Source of the DNA: Rhodospirillales bacterium
Lineage (GTDB): Bacteria; Pseudomonadota; Alphaproteobacteria; Bin95
DNA length: 18,733 nucleotides
Direction of reading: 5' to 3'
NCBI GenBank assembly: GCA_038143065.1
Contig: JAYQLI010000048.1
Location: 1-18,733 of the forward strand
The notes under the pieces were generated by a model that was not told where the DNA came from, made no database searches, and saw only the letters and a list, made by a program, of their open reading frames with translations. The translations under genes were made by a program, and so were the position numbers. This document shows, piece after piece, positions 1 through 9,987 of this stretch (the first letter of the stretch is position 1; the number at the start of each line of letters is the position of its first letter).

Positions 1-414
1 ACAAAACCTCACTAAATAAATACTCTTTTGTGTTTGTGGGGTGAACACCAGGTACTAGAAGCTGTTCTTTAATGTGGTAAAACGGCACATGCCTTAAAGT
101 TTATGATTTGCGCTAAAATACTTTAAGAGCACCTGAAGCAAATGTATTTGGTTGGTTCAATTCGATACCCTAACGACTTACGATTATGGTAACATGCCTG
201 TCAGAAATGGTCAGGTTATTAATAACATTTTTAGGCATATAAACTATAACACCACCTTCAAATAACGGAGGCTTTTGTTTGAATGTTTGTAAGGAAAAGT
301 TCGCGAACAAAGCCTTTTTTCTGGAATTGACATTAGTTCGGTCGTAGATCTTGTTAGGTGATCGCAAAATTGCCAGTGGACTTAAAAAGCGAACCCGTTT
401 TTATTCCGAAAACT

Positions 415-1096
415 TTACTTGTTTGCAAAAAGTGTCTTGCGAGCCTCGTCATCTAATTTTTCATTGGGGTTCCTCAGGTCGCTTCCGACTTTGTAGCCCC
501 GCCGCAACGCTGGACGACATTTCAAAAGATCGTACCAACGCCGGACATTGGGAAATTGCTCAAGGTCGATTTTCTGGGCCTTGTAAGTCAGCACCCAAGG
601 CCAACATGCGATGTCGGCAATGGAGAAATCACCGCAGATATGTTCGCGTCTCTCCAGCCGTCGGTCAAGTACAGTGTATAGCCGAAGCACTTCGTTGGCG
701 TACCGGTCGATCGCATACTGAATGGGTTCAGGAGCATAAACTTGAAATGACCGGCTTGCCCGATCATCGGCCCCATCCGCTCGTCTGCCACATCAGCCAT
801 TCCATGACCTCGGTACGCCCACGCAGATCGGAAGGCATGAATTTTCCCGTCTTTTCGGCCAGGTAGACAAGAATGGCGCCGGATTCGAATACTGAAATCG
901 GATCACCGCCGTCTGTAGGATCGTGATCGACTATCGCGGGGATGCGATTGTTAGGACTGATCTTCAAATACTGTTCTGCGAATTGATCGCCCCGCCCGAT
1001 ATTGACGGGTTTCAGACGGTAATCTAGCTCCATCTCTTCCAGTGCGATGGAAAGCTTCCAACCATTTGGCGTCATCCAGTAATAGGCATCGATCAT
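415..1096 (-). CDS. yfcG: Glutathione S-transferase, YfcG/YghU (Nu-class, disulfide oxidoreductase)-like; split by at least 2 frameshifts
   Basis: The N-terminal part reads WMTPNGWKLSIALEE...ISPNNRIPAIVD...VFESGAILVYLAEKTGKF (764-1096). GPMIGQAGHF is in a second frame (588-800), and RLYTVLDRRL...FSIADIACWPWV...FPNVRRWYD is in a third (415-690). A GGAGGA RBS lies upstream. Confidence 0.85.
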
Positions 1097-1120
1097 ATCG
1101 GATTCCTCCGTTGACTACTT

Positions 1121-1161
1121 TTGTAGCAAACGCTAACAAATGGAAAATGCTGTTGCAACAG
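1121..1161. promoter_or_regulatory. Palindromes in the divergent GST/TetR intergenic region; candidate TetR operator(s)
   Basis: Imperfect inverted repeat TTGTAGC-AAAC-GCTAACAA (1121-1139) and perfect 12-bp palindrome CTGTTGCAACAG (1150-1161), both in the 72-bp divergent gap. Confidence 0.45.
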
Positions 1162-1168
1162 GTGAAAA

Positions 1169-1779
1169 ATGGCGCGTCCGCAGAAGCTGAAAACAGAGGA
1201 TATTCTAGATCGTGCAACGGATCTTTTTGGAAACATGGGTGTGATGCGGTATCGACACGCGATCTTGAAGTCGCGCTCGATCTGAAGGCGCCAGCCATAT
1301 ATCGTCGCTTCGAAAGCAAGAACCTATTTCTGGCACGAAGCATAGAGTACTATGTCGAAACCGTTGTTGACAAACGTATCAGGCAGGTCTTGGACAGCAC
1401 CGAACACCCGATCAAAGGTCTGCGCGACTTTTTCCGGGAGATGCTCGAGCAGCACAGCGGTGAACCGGAATTGCGAGGGTGCCTGCTGACCAACACTGCC
1501 GCCCATCAGGAAACAAAAACCCCGAAGTCAGCGCCGCGTTGGAATCGTGGTTTCGAAGTCATTCGCTCTGCGTTTCGGCGACAGATCGAACGAGCCAAAG
1601 ATGCCGGGTACATCAATGAAAATGAAGATGCGGGAGCGCTGGCTCAGGCGCTTTTCATTTCGCTACAAGGCCTGCTGACGCTTTCCAGAATCGGCGCCCC
1701 TGACCTGATGGCTGGCATTGACAAAACATTTCAATTGCTCGGCGCGTGCGGCGTTGAAACGACACGGAAAGGAACCTGA
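1169..1779 (+). CDS. TetR/AcrR-family transcriptional regulator (NemR/ComR-like); frameshifted near 1225
   Basis: ATG at 1169 gives MARPQKLKTEDILDRATDLF. Adding one T to the T5 run joins it to WKHGCDAVSTRDLEVALDLKAPAIYRRFESK (HTH). The C-terminal domain has GCLLTNT. Confidence 0.88.
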
Positions 1780-1780
1780 A

Positions 1781-2104
1781 ATGGCCGACACCAAAGACCA
1801 AACAAGACCAGCCCATATTCTGGCGCACATCTCTGTTACCGATCCCAAAAAATACCGGGAGTATGAGAAGGGCTTCTTTCCAGTTTTAAAGCCATATGGT
1901 GCACGCTTCATCACCTATGACGACAACGTCACGGTCCTGGAGGGCGCACGCGCTGAAGGGCGGACCGTTTTGGTCGAGTTCCCATCGGAAGAAGCAGCAC
2001 TGAACTGGTGGAACTCTCCCGATTATCAGCGGATTGCGGAAATGCGCCGTGCGGGAGCGACTTGCCACTCCATCGTGCTTGTTCACGCAATTGCAGATCG
2101 ATAA
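1781..2104 (+). CDS. DUF1330 family protein (dimeric alpha+beta barrel)
   Basis: VTDPKKYREY...YGARF...VLEG...RTVLVEFPSEEAALNWWNSPDYQRIAEMR is the typical DUF1330 pattern. The ATG directly follows the TetR stop. Confidence 0.85.
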   Translation: MADTKDQTRPAHILAHISVTDPKKYREYEKGFFPVLKPYGARFITYDDNVTVLEGARAEGRTVLVEFPSEEAALNWWNSPDYQRIAEMRRAGATCHSIVLVHAIADR

Positions 2105-2146
2105 GCGTTCGCCAAACGGCGGCACGTATGAACCGACAAAAACTTG

Positions 2147-2181
2147 TGGCAGTTTTCACCAAGTTTATGTCGATTTCGCCA
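2147..2181 (+). promoter_or_regulatory. Candidate GlxA/AraC binding site (two half-sites, 21-bp period) upstream of the NMO operon
   Basis: TGGCAGTTTTCACC-N7-TGTCGATTTCGCCA; the same architecture recurs at 6619-6653 and 9683-9717. Confidence 0.6.
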
Positions 2182-2245
2182 CTGGAGGAAGTCACGCGGC
2201 CCTCTACCGTCTTCCCAATAGTGATAAACAGGGAAAGATTCCAAG

Positions 2246-3226
2246 ATGTTGCCTGACATTCTCAAAGATCGCCTCAGCATCCCGGTGATCGCCGCACCTA
2301 TGTTCCTGGCCTCCGGGCCGCAATTGGTCATCGAGTGCTGCAAGGCCGGGGTAGCTGCGGGCTTTCCTGCGCTTAACCAACGTAGTTCTGAAGGTTTCGA
2401 GGAATGGCTGATTGAGATCAATACAGCCCTTGAATCCTATGAGCAGGAAACCGGCAAAGCACCTGCTCCTTTCGGGGTCAACCTTGTGGTGCACCCGTCC
2501 AACCCACGCCTTGAAGCGGACCTTGCGCTGTGCGTCAAACACAAGGTGCCACTGATCATGTCCATCCTCGGGGCAGACCCAAGAGTAGTGGATGCAGTGC
2601 ATTCTTATGGTGGGCTGGTCTTTCATGACGTCGTCAACGCCAAACATGCCCGCAAGGCTGTTGAGGCGGGAGTAGATGGGTTAACGGCTGTCGCCGGAGG
2701 TGCCGGAGGTCATGCTGGCAATCTCAACCCCTTTGCCCTGATCAACGAAATTCGCCAATTCTTCGATGGTACGGTCTTACTCGGCGGTGCACTGTCCACT
2801 GGGGGCGATGTAGCCGCTGCCCAGATGATTGGCGCGGATCTGGCCTATGTCGGCACCCGGTTCCTTGGCACCAAAGAGTGCATGGTCTCTGATGCCTACA
2901 AACAGATGCTGATCGACTCGGTGTCCACCGACATCGTCTATACCCCAGTCATATCCGGCGTACCGGCGAGTTTTCTGTCAGGCAGCCTGAAAGAGGCGGG
3001 AATAGATCCGAAGACCGCCGAGAAACCAAAGATGGACCTGGGTCTGGAACTGGCAGGCGCCACGGAAGGTGGCGAGAAAAAGCCCTGGCGAGACATCTGG
3101 TCCGCAGGCCAAGGCGTAGGCAGTATCAATGATCTGCCGACCACATCCGAACTCGTTGCCCGGATGAAAGACGAATACCAAGCCGCGATCACCGCACAAA
3201 ACGCGCGTGCGGCGCACTGGTCGTGA
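2246..3226 (+). CDS. Nitronate monooxygenase / FabK-like FMN-dependent oxidoreductase family protein
   Basis: Intact 326-aa ORF with PVIAAPMFLASGP, GAGGHAG, IGADLAYVGTRF and WRDIWSAGQGVGSI motifs. Confidence 0.9.
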   Translation: MLPDILKDRLSIPVIAAPMFLASGPQLVIECCKAGVAAGFPALNQRSSEGFEEWLIEINTALESYEQETGKAPAPFGVNLVVHPSNPRLEADLALCVKHKVPLIMSILGADPRVVDAVHSYGGLVFHDVVNAKHARKAVEAGVDGLTAVAGGAGGHAGNLNPFALINEIRQFFDGTVLLGGALSTGGDVAAAQMIGADLAYVGTRFLGTKECMVSDAYKQMLIDSVSTDIVYTPVISGVPASFLSGSLKEAGIDPKTAEKPKMDLGLELAGATEGGEKKPWRDIWSAGQGVGSINDLPTTSELVARMKDEYQAAITAQNARAAHWS

Positions 3227-3245
3227 ACGCGAAAAGGAAACACTA

Positions 3246-3855
3246 ATGAAACTCTATTTTGCACCTGACACCCGTGCTGTTCGTACCGCGTGGCTCATGT
3301 TCGAACTTGGGCTTGAATTCGAATTACACCGCTTTGAACGGCTGGGCGACCCGGCCATGAGGTCACCCGAGTTCCTTGAGATAAGTCCGAATGGGCGCAT
3401 CCCCAGTGTTGGTTGACGGTGAAATACGCATCTTCGAAAGCCCGGCCATCGCCGAGTATCTGGCTGCGCGATACGGTGAAGGCAAATTGGTGCCTGACGT
3501 CAACTCGAACGCATTTCCCGTATACCTGCAATGGCTGCACTACGGCGAAGGCATGATTATGGGCCCAATGAACAATTTTGTGGTCGAAACCATACTGCTC
3601 AAACCCGAGCGCCGGTCGGAAGAGCACGCCAACCGGGCGCTGAAGTTGATGATGCGCATGGTGCAGACCGTGGATGCTCACATGGTGGATCGAGAGTATT
3701 TGGCTGGCGATTTCACCGTAGCCGATACGATCACTGGCCATGCCTGCTATATGTGCCAGAAATTTGGCGTTGATTTCTCGGGTTTGCCAAACTTGCAGGC
3801 CTACGTGGACAGGTTGAAGGAACGCCCAGCTTTCCAGAAAGCCCTGGCACTCTGA
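3246..3855 (+). CDS. Glutathione S-transferase family protein; frameshift (extra C) at ~3400-3404
   Basis: MKLYFAPDTRAVRTAWLMFELGL...ISPNGRI joins PVLVDGEIRIFESPAIAEYL...YLAGDFTVAD...PNLQAYVDRLKERPAFQKA. An AAGGA RBS precedes the start. Confidence 0.88.
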
Positions 3856-3923
3856 TTTTCTTGGGCGGCAGAGGGGCAGCCGCTCAAACACCCTATCATG
3901 ACGACTCTGGGAGGAGGCGAACG

Positions 3924-5459
3924 ATGATTTCATCGATCGGACAAGTATTGCCAAATGCCGCCGCGAAATTCGGAAAGAAGACGGCACTGATAACCGAAAA
4001 CCGCAACCTGAGTTTCGAGGAAATGGAAACACTTTCGAACCGGGCAGCGAACGGGCTGGTCGCATTGGGGGTTTCCAAAGGGGATCGTGTCACGATCTAT
4101 GGCGCCAACTCTTGGGAATGGCTGGTGGCTTATTACGCGGTTTTCAAGGTGGGTGGCGTTGCCAATCCTATCAACTCGATGCTGACGTCGCAGGAGGTGG
4201 CATACATCATAGAAGACGCCGGTGCGAAAGCCGTGATCGCGGCTTCAGACAAAGCGCAGATCCTAATGGACGCAAACTGTGCTTCGCTGGAGCATGTCAT
4301 TCTTTGGGGGGATGACATTCCGGCAGGTGTCGTTCCCTTCCATACCCTTTTGGAACAGGGCAAGGCGCTGTTCGCTCCGGTCTCGGTTGAAGGCGATGAT
4401 CTCGGTAAAATTTGCTACACATCGGGGACAACCGGGAAACCGAAAGGTGCGATGCAGTCACAGCGCAGCCTGATATTGAACCCGGCCTACACAGCCCTAA
4501 TGCAAGGCCGCAACAAGCATGATGTGTTCCTCAACCCGCTGCCGTTCCCACATGTGTATTCTTCGGTTTTGTTCAACGCAAATTTCCTGTGTGGATCGAC
4601 ACTGGTTATGCTGGAACGCTTCTCTGAAGAAGGAATGCTGAGTGCTGTGCAGGAACATGGTGTCACAGTGATGGATATCGTACCGACCGGATATTACTAT
4701 CTGCTGGCCCATCCCGATTTCGAGAAATATGACCTGTCGTCACTGACACGCTGTACTGTTGGCGGGCAAACCCTGCCCGCAGCCAAATCGCTTGAGTTCA
4801 CCGAGAGAACTGGTGTTCCCGTGCTTGAAATGTGGGGCATGACTGAACTATCCGGCGGCGGCGCGGCCAACCCGTTTCTTGGGATCAACAAGCCCGGAAC
4901 GATTGGTCCTGCCTATCCCGGACACATGGCTAAGGTGGTTGACGCTGAAAATCCGGATCGTGAACTGGATAACGGCCAACCCGGTGAATTGATGATCCGT
5001 GGACCGCTGGTAATGCAGGGCTACTACAACAACCCAGATGCGACTGCCGAAACCATCCGGCACGATGGTTGGATGCATACAGGCGATATTGTGACCAAAG
5101 ACGATGACGGCTATCTGACGATCGTCGATCGGAAGAAGGACATGATTCTGACCGCCGGGTTCAACGTTTATCCGGTGGAACTTGAACGCGCTCTTTGTAT
5201 GCATCCGTCCGTTGCTCTAGCCGCAGTCGGCGGCGTCGCTGACGACGCCAAGGGAGAGATTGCGAAAGCCTATGTTGTTCTTCGACCAGGGCAGGAAGTA
5301 AGTGGTCGCGCCTTGGTCGATCATTGCCGCGAACATCTTGCCGCCTACAAAGTACCTCGCGCTGTCCAGTTTGTGGCCGAAGTGCCGATTACGCCAACGG
5401 GTAAGATCATGCGCCGCCTGTTGTCCGATTTGGATGACGGCACAAGAGCAATAACCTAG
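3924..5459 (+). CDS. AMP-dependent acyl-CoA synthetase (long-chain fatty acid/aryl acid-CoA ligase family)
   Basis: A GAGGAGG RBS precedes the ATG at 3924. Motifs: YTSGTTGKPKG, WGMTE, GELMIRGPLVMQGYYNNP, HTGD, DRKKDMI and the terminal TGKI lysine. Confidence 0.92.
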   Translation: MISSIGQVLPNAAAKFGKKTALITENRNLSFEEMETLSNRAANGLVALGVSKGDRVTIYGANSWEWLVAYYAVFKVGGVANPINSMLTSQEVAYIIEDAGAKAVIAASDKAQILMDANCASLEHVILWGDDIPAGVVPFHTLLEQGKALFAPVSVEGDDLGKICYTSGTTGKPKGAMQSQRSLILNPAYTALMQGRNKHDVFLNPLPFPHVYSSVLFNANFLCGSTLVMLERFSEEGMLSAVQEHGVTVMDIVPTGYYYLLAHPDFEKYDLSSLTRCTVGGQTLPAAKSLEFTERTGVPVLEMWGMTELSGGGAANPFLGINKPGTIGPAYPGHMAKVVDAENPDRELDNGQPGELMIRGPLVMQGYYNNPDATAETIRHDGWMHTGDIVTKDDDGYLTIVDRKKDMILTAGFNVYPVELERALCMHPSVALAAVGGVADDAKGEIAKAYVVLRPGQEVSGRALVDHCREHLAAYKVPRAVQFVAEVPITPTGKIMRRLLSDLDDGTRAIT

Positions 5460-5490
5460 GAGCACGCCCCCAGCAAACGGGCCAAGAATC

Positions 5491-5518
5491 AACCGGTGTC
5501 GAACCAGACGCCGGTTTT
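5491..5518 (+). terminator. Probable intrinsic terminator hairpin between the convergent ligase and AraC genes
   Basis: AACCGGTGTC-GAACCA-GACGCCGGTT stem (one G:U pair) ending in a short T run. Confidence 0.45.
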
Positions 5519-5604
5519 GCCATGTCTAGCCTGACTGCATCGACAGGCCATTGTATTGCTCACCTTAAAATGTCTGATCAAGTTTCGAACGGTATTGGTT
5601 CGTT

Positions 5605-6604
5605 TCACTCTTCGATTCTGAGCCGATTGAACCGCTGACGATAGGCATGCGGCGTCACTCCAGTCATCTTGCGGAACAGTCGCGAAAACGAACTGGCGTC
5701 AAGATATCCCACCCGCTCAATGATCTCCGCAAGAGGGTCTCCGGTGTTTTCCAACAATCGCTTCGCAGCCTCGATGCGGACCGCCTGCAGGTAAGCCAGC
5801 GGCGTTGTGTCCAGTTCTTGCTTGAATCGACGGATCAGGGTGCGCTGGCTTACGTTCAGATGATCAGCAAGCGCCTTTTGTTCGATGGTCTCGCTCAGGT
5901 GGTTTTGCAGCCAATACTGTGCCTTGGCCACGACCGGATCGCGACTGTATTCGTTGTCAAAAAAGCTCCTGGTATGGCGTCTGCGAATTGGGCCCGGCGT
6001 CGATCAGCATCGTCTTAGCACAACTACCAGCGAGGTGAGGTCCGGCATAGCGCTCGATCAGGTGAACTGCCATGCTTAGATGTGCCGTCATGGCGCCGCT
6101 TGTCATGAGCCTCTCGTCTTCGACCAGTAAGGCATTGGCATCCAAATCAATCTTTGAAACCGCCTGCGGGAAGGGCCGTTCAAGCCACCAGGCAGTGGTA
6201 GCACGTCGGCCATCCAAAAGCCCAGTTTGTGCCAATAGTAGCGGCCCGGTGCAGTTTGCACAAATCGTGCTGCCCCGTTGCCAGCTTTCTTTGATCCACT
6301 CTAGAAGAGGGCGCTGTTCCTTGGTCAACACATCAAGATCGGCCATGCCTTGGTAAGAATACGCGGGCAGATAGATGAGATCGAAATCCTCAGCATCCGG
6401 CAGCGCCACATCACCGTTCATTCTCATGCCGCCGCTAACCGTCACAGGTTCAGCGGAACATGACACGATACTGCATTCAAACAGTCCAAGATCATCCCCG
6501 TTTTGACGCCGTACATGATCGTTCGCTATCTGGAACGCATCCATCAACCCGCCAATACTGTAGAGGTAGGAGTTCGGATAGAGAACAACGGCTACTCGGG
6601 GCAT
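5605..6604 (-). CDS. GlxA-family transcriptional regulator (DJ-1/PfpI-like domain + AraC HTH); frameshifted near 5960
   Basis: An AGGAG RBS precedes MPRVAVVLYP at 6604. It contains CANCTGPLLLAQTGLLDGRRATTAWW, and a C-terminal SQRTLIRRFK...VRIEAAKRLLE...VGYLDASSFSRLFRKMTGVTPHAYR. Confidence 0.9.
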
Positions 6605-6618
6605 AAAGGTCTCCTGAA

Positions 6619-6653
6619 TGGTAAATCTGACACAAGGTGTGCCAGATTTGCCA
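6619..6653 (-). promoter_or_regulatory. Candidate autoregulatory GlxA/AraC site
   Basis: The minus strand reads TGGCAAATCTGGCA-N7-TGTCAGATTTACCA, immediately upstream of the RBS. The two 14-bp halves also form an inverted repeat with 2 mismatches. Confidence 0.6.
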
Positions 6654-6695
6654 ATCCGCGGCAAATCATTCGCCGCAGGGTTTCTGTCTATCTTG

Positions 6696-8007
6696 CTAAC
6701 GTAGCAAACTTGGCAACCACAGAGCCGCGGTCGGGAATATGGCCAAAGCGATCATAACCGCCAGCTCTATCAGTACGAAAGGCACGGCTGCGGCATATAT
6801 CTGCCCAAGCCCGATATTCTTTGGCGCTACACCGCGCATTACGAAAAGAAGCAGTCCGAATGGCGGCGTCAGAAGGCTGATTTCCATTGCGATCAGCATC
6901 ATCACCATCAGCCAGGTCGGGTGAATGCCAAGGGTCTCCGAGATTGGAAGAAAGAACGGCAGAGTTAGAAGGATCATGCTGATCTGATCCATGAAGCAGC
7001 CAAGAAACAGCAGGACCAGCATCATCAGCAGCATCGCCGTGACCACATCGAACTGGATGGTGCTGATCGCTTCAGGACACCACTTGTGGCCCCCGAAACC
7101 TGCAAAACCTGCGCGAAAGTCAGCGAACCCGCGATGATGAATAGAAGCATGCCCGTGACCTTGGCCGTCTCTCTGAGCGCTTTGATCAAGTTCGAACGAG
7201 TTAGCTGGCCGTAAATGGCACTGATCACGACAGCAGCAATGCATCCCAATGCAGCGGCCTCTTCCGGCGCGGCGATGCGGGCAAAGATGCTACCGACAAC
7301 CACAACAAAGATCGTGAACAGAGGTAGTACATCGAAAACGAAAGGTTTCCAGCGCTCCCAACCGTCTACATCAACGGTTTCGATGGGGGAACCAACGAAG
7401 GGTTCAGACGGCAGCGGATGTAAATATAGACCACGAACAGCCCTGCCATCACCAATCCGGGTAAGATGCCGGCAATCAACAGCTCCGAGATAGAACGTTC
7501 TGCCAGACTCGCCAGCAGCACCGCCAATGCCGAGGGAGGTATCAGCATGGCGATGCCGCCGACGGCTGCGATCGGCCCCATGGCCAACTTGGAATCGTAG
7601 CCTCGCTTGATCATGTCGGGCAGCAACAGATTTCCCAGGATGGCGGTGTTGGCGATGGTCGAACCGGACAGCGAGGAAAACACAGTGCCTCCAGCAATGG
7701 AGACCATGCAAAGCCGCCCTGGAACACCTGAAATCAGCCGGTCGATGGCCGCAATAGATCGGAAAGCTACCCCTGTCTGAAACAGGATTTCCCCCATCAG
7801 GATAAACAACGCCACGGGCACGAGCGAATACTTCGAGATTGAAAAGACATATTCCATCGGCATCAGACTGAGGCCGACTTCACCGCGGAGGAAAACAAAT
7901 GTGCCGACGATGTTGGCGGCAAAGAAAGCAAATGCGATCGGGGCACCGGCAACCATCAGAACGACGACGCAGCCCAGCAGCATTGTTAGAGCGAAATACC
8001 ATTCCAT
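6696..8007 (-). CDS. dctM: TRAP transporter large permease; split across three frames
   Basis: Motifs VPVALFILMGEIL, FSSLSGSTIAN, GGIAMLIPPS, PEEAAALG, GCFMDQISMILLT and EISLLTPPFGLLLFV; hydrophobic throughout. Confidence 0.9.
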
Positions 8008-8010
8008 GGG

Positions 8011-8535
8011 TCACATCCCCTCGTTCAGATGATCCAGTTCTTCCGCGACATGGTCGGCCCGGAAAAAGCGGAAGACAAACTCGATAGCCAGAAGGGCGAA
8101 GCTGACCAATACGATGGCCAGCAGCAACCATTCGGGCACGTTGAAGTACTTCATTAGCATTGCCTCGAACATCCGGCTGTTGGCCAGGTTCACCCATGTG
8201 AACCAGGCCATGGCGATACAGATGACACACCCAAAAACATCTATGGCCCGTTCAACAAGGATCAGAACCTTGCGTGGCAAGGCGCTCAGCAACAGATCGA
8301 CCCGCACATGAGCTCCCAGTCGCAGCAACCATGGTGCCGTGAGAAAGACGCAGGCGAATAGCGCGTATTCGATGATTTCCTGCACCCCAGCGAGCGTCCC
8401 CAGACCAAACAGGCGCAGAAACAGATCGACCGAAATTCCAATCACGAAACCCGCAATTACAAGTCCAACAAGCGTTCCTATGGTTTCGTAAAGTCGGCCA
8501 AATGCCGTATCGATTTGTTTGAAGCTGTTCAGCAT
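8011..8535 (-). CDS. dctQ: TRAP transporter small permease
   Basis: Intact 174-aa ORF with about 4 TM segments and the APWLLRLGAHVRVDLL motif; lies between dctP and dctM. Confidence 0.9.
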   Translation of the reverse strand: MLNSFKQIDTAFGRLYETIGTLVGLVIAGFVIGISVDLFLRLFGLGTLAGVQEIIEYALFACVFLTAPWLLRLGAHVRVDLLLSALPRKVLILVERAIDVFGCVICIAMAWFTWVNLANSRMFEAMLMKYFNVPEWLLLAIVLVSFALLAIEFVFRFFRADHVAEELDHLNEGM

Positions 8536-8563
8536 CTGACTACCTCAAGACCAGAAATGTCAG

Positions 8564-8588
8564 GCCCGCAGCCAAACGGACTGCGGGC
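8564..8588. other. GC-rich hairpin between dctP and dctQ (possible mRNA-stabilising or attenuating stem-loop)
   Basis: GCCCGCAG...CTGCGGGC form perfect 8-bp arms in the intergenic gap. Confidence 0.5.
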
Positions 8589-8603
8589 GACAGTGCAATA
8601 TGC

Positions 8604-9567
8604 TCAATGCGAGAAGAGCGGACGGAGTTTTTCAGCAAACTCAGCATTGATTTCAGCCACACCAGCCCAGCCCGCATCACGGGATGCTTGAACGAAGACC
8701 TCGGCATCAGCGTCAGAGAACGTAATGACCTCAAAATGCTCTTCAGCCTGCTTTGCAGCTGCTCCGGCTGCAAGTTTCGGATCACCCACTGTGGCCGCCT
8801 GTTGATCTTGATCGCCTCTTCCTCGATCAGGTTCTGCACGTCTTCCGGCAAACTGTCCCAGGCCCGGGCATTCATCAGAATTGCAGATCGACATCATAGA
8901 AACCAGGGTCGACACGATACTTGGTAACGGTCTCCCAGCCGGGCTGATGACCGATGACTGGCCAGCCGTACCCGTTCACGGTGCCGTTTTCCATCAGCGT
9001 GAAGATCTGGGCTGCGCCGGAGTTTTGCGTCGTCGCCCCCAGCGCTTTAAAGAAGCTGGTATAAATCGGCACCACGCGCAGGTGCTTGCCGGTCAGGTCC
9101 GGTTTGTCGATCTTGTGCCCTTCGGCCAGATACAGGTGGAATTTTACACCGTGGTGGACACGTGATATCGGCACAAGATTCTTGGTCCGATGCACGTCAA
9201 CCATCATCTGCCAACCGCCGTTTTCACGGATCTCAGCAGGGGATTTCTCCATCAGTTTCCAGGCGTCGGCCTCGGGCAGGACGTTGGTATAATACCCGCC
9301 CGTGCATACGGTGAGGTCATAGACCCCCTGTGCAGTTTTCTGAACGACAGTAAAGGGGCTCCCGATAGCCGGGGCTCCTCCCTGATAGTCGATCTTGATC
9401 TTGCCTGCGCCTTTTTCATTCACGGCTGCGATAAGCGCCTCGATCCGCTTTGAAAAGAACGACCCTTCCTGCCAGCAGCTTACCGCGCGAATGTTGGCTT
9501 CTGCGAATGCCGTACCTGCGGTTACAACGATCGCCATTGAGGCCGACGCCATCAGTTTCTTGAACAT
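8604..9567 (-). CDS. dctP: TRAP transporter substrate-binding protein; frameshifted in the 3' third
   Basis: A GGAGG RBS precedes the signal peptide MFKKLMASASMAIVVTAGTAFA. It contains DLTGKHLRV (conserved Arg) and IFTLMENGTVNG, with MNARAWDSLPEDVQ in the next frame. Confidence 0.88.
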
Positions 9568-9682
9568 TGGTTTCCTCCCTTGGCAATGCAAACGATTGCC
9601 GGTCTTGATCGCTCTCCTTGCATCGAAAGAGGCGATATTTTCAGTGAAACCAGTGTTGTGGAAACTCCCCATTCCCCTCAAT

Positions 9683-9717
9683 TGGCGTTTTTGACATATA
9701 CATGGTCATTTTTTACA
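9683..9717 (-). promoter_or_regulatory. Candidate GlxA/AraC site upstream of dctPQM
   Basis: The minus strand reads TGTAAAAAATGACC-N7-TGTCAAAAACGCCA, with the same 21-bp period as the other two sites. Confidence 0.55.
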
Positions 9718-9819
9718 CCCCATTTTGAACGCCTGAATTGTGGATGAGCCCCAATGTTTATTGGGATTTTCATAAACGGTCTTAAAAAAATAATAGGAAT
9801 TTAAGTGGCCGTAACAGGA

Positions 9820-9987
9820 ACTCAGCCCAAAAACAGGGCTCACTTGTTCTGCCCAATCAAGTGGAACATCTTTGGAAATCAGCATCTCGATAGTCAGTTC
9901 TTTTATTGTCGTGCCGTTGATAATCTCTGCAATGAGTTTTGGGGATAAGAAAGCCAGCGATATTCGCTTCCATATCATCGTAGAAGA
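9820..9987 (-). pseudogene. C-terminal stub of a large serine recombinase of the DUF2924-associated type, truncated by IS6
   Basis: IWKRISLAFLSPKLIAEIING...LT...L...VPLDWAEQ matches the LAFL(S/A)P...LP(L)DW.EQ tail I recall for these recombinases. It starts exactly at the IS6 left IR. The 3' end is approximate. Confidence 0.7.

Noticed and set aside
1-400. AT-rich stretch with a possible + strand gene 3' end (…FDTLTTYDYGNMPVRNGQVINNIFRHINYNTTFK*, stop ~264) and ORF 170..367
   Set aside because: No recognisable motif and the frames are broken, so no product can be supported.
1042-1168. N-terminal extension of the TetR ORF; similar extensions at 3861, 6664 and 9681
   Set aside because: Downstream starts (1169, 3924, 6604, 9567) fit the family N-termini better, most with clear RBSs.
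351-9694. Many antisense or alternate-frame ORFs (e.g. 351..866, 2204..2647, 3295..4065, 5647..6018)
   Set aside because: They are shadows of well-supported genes, as expected in GC-richer DNA.
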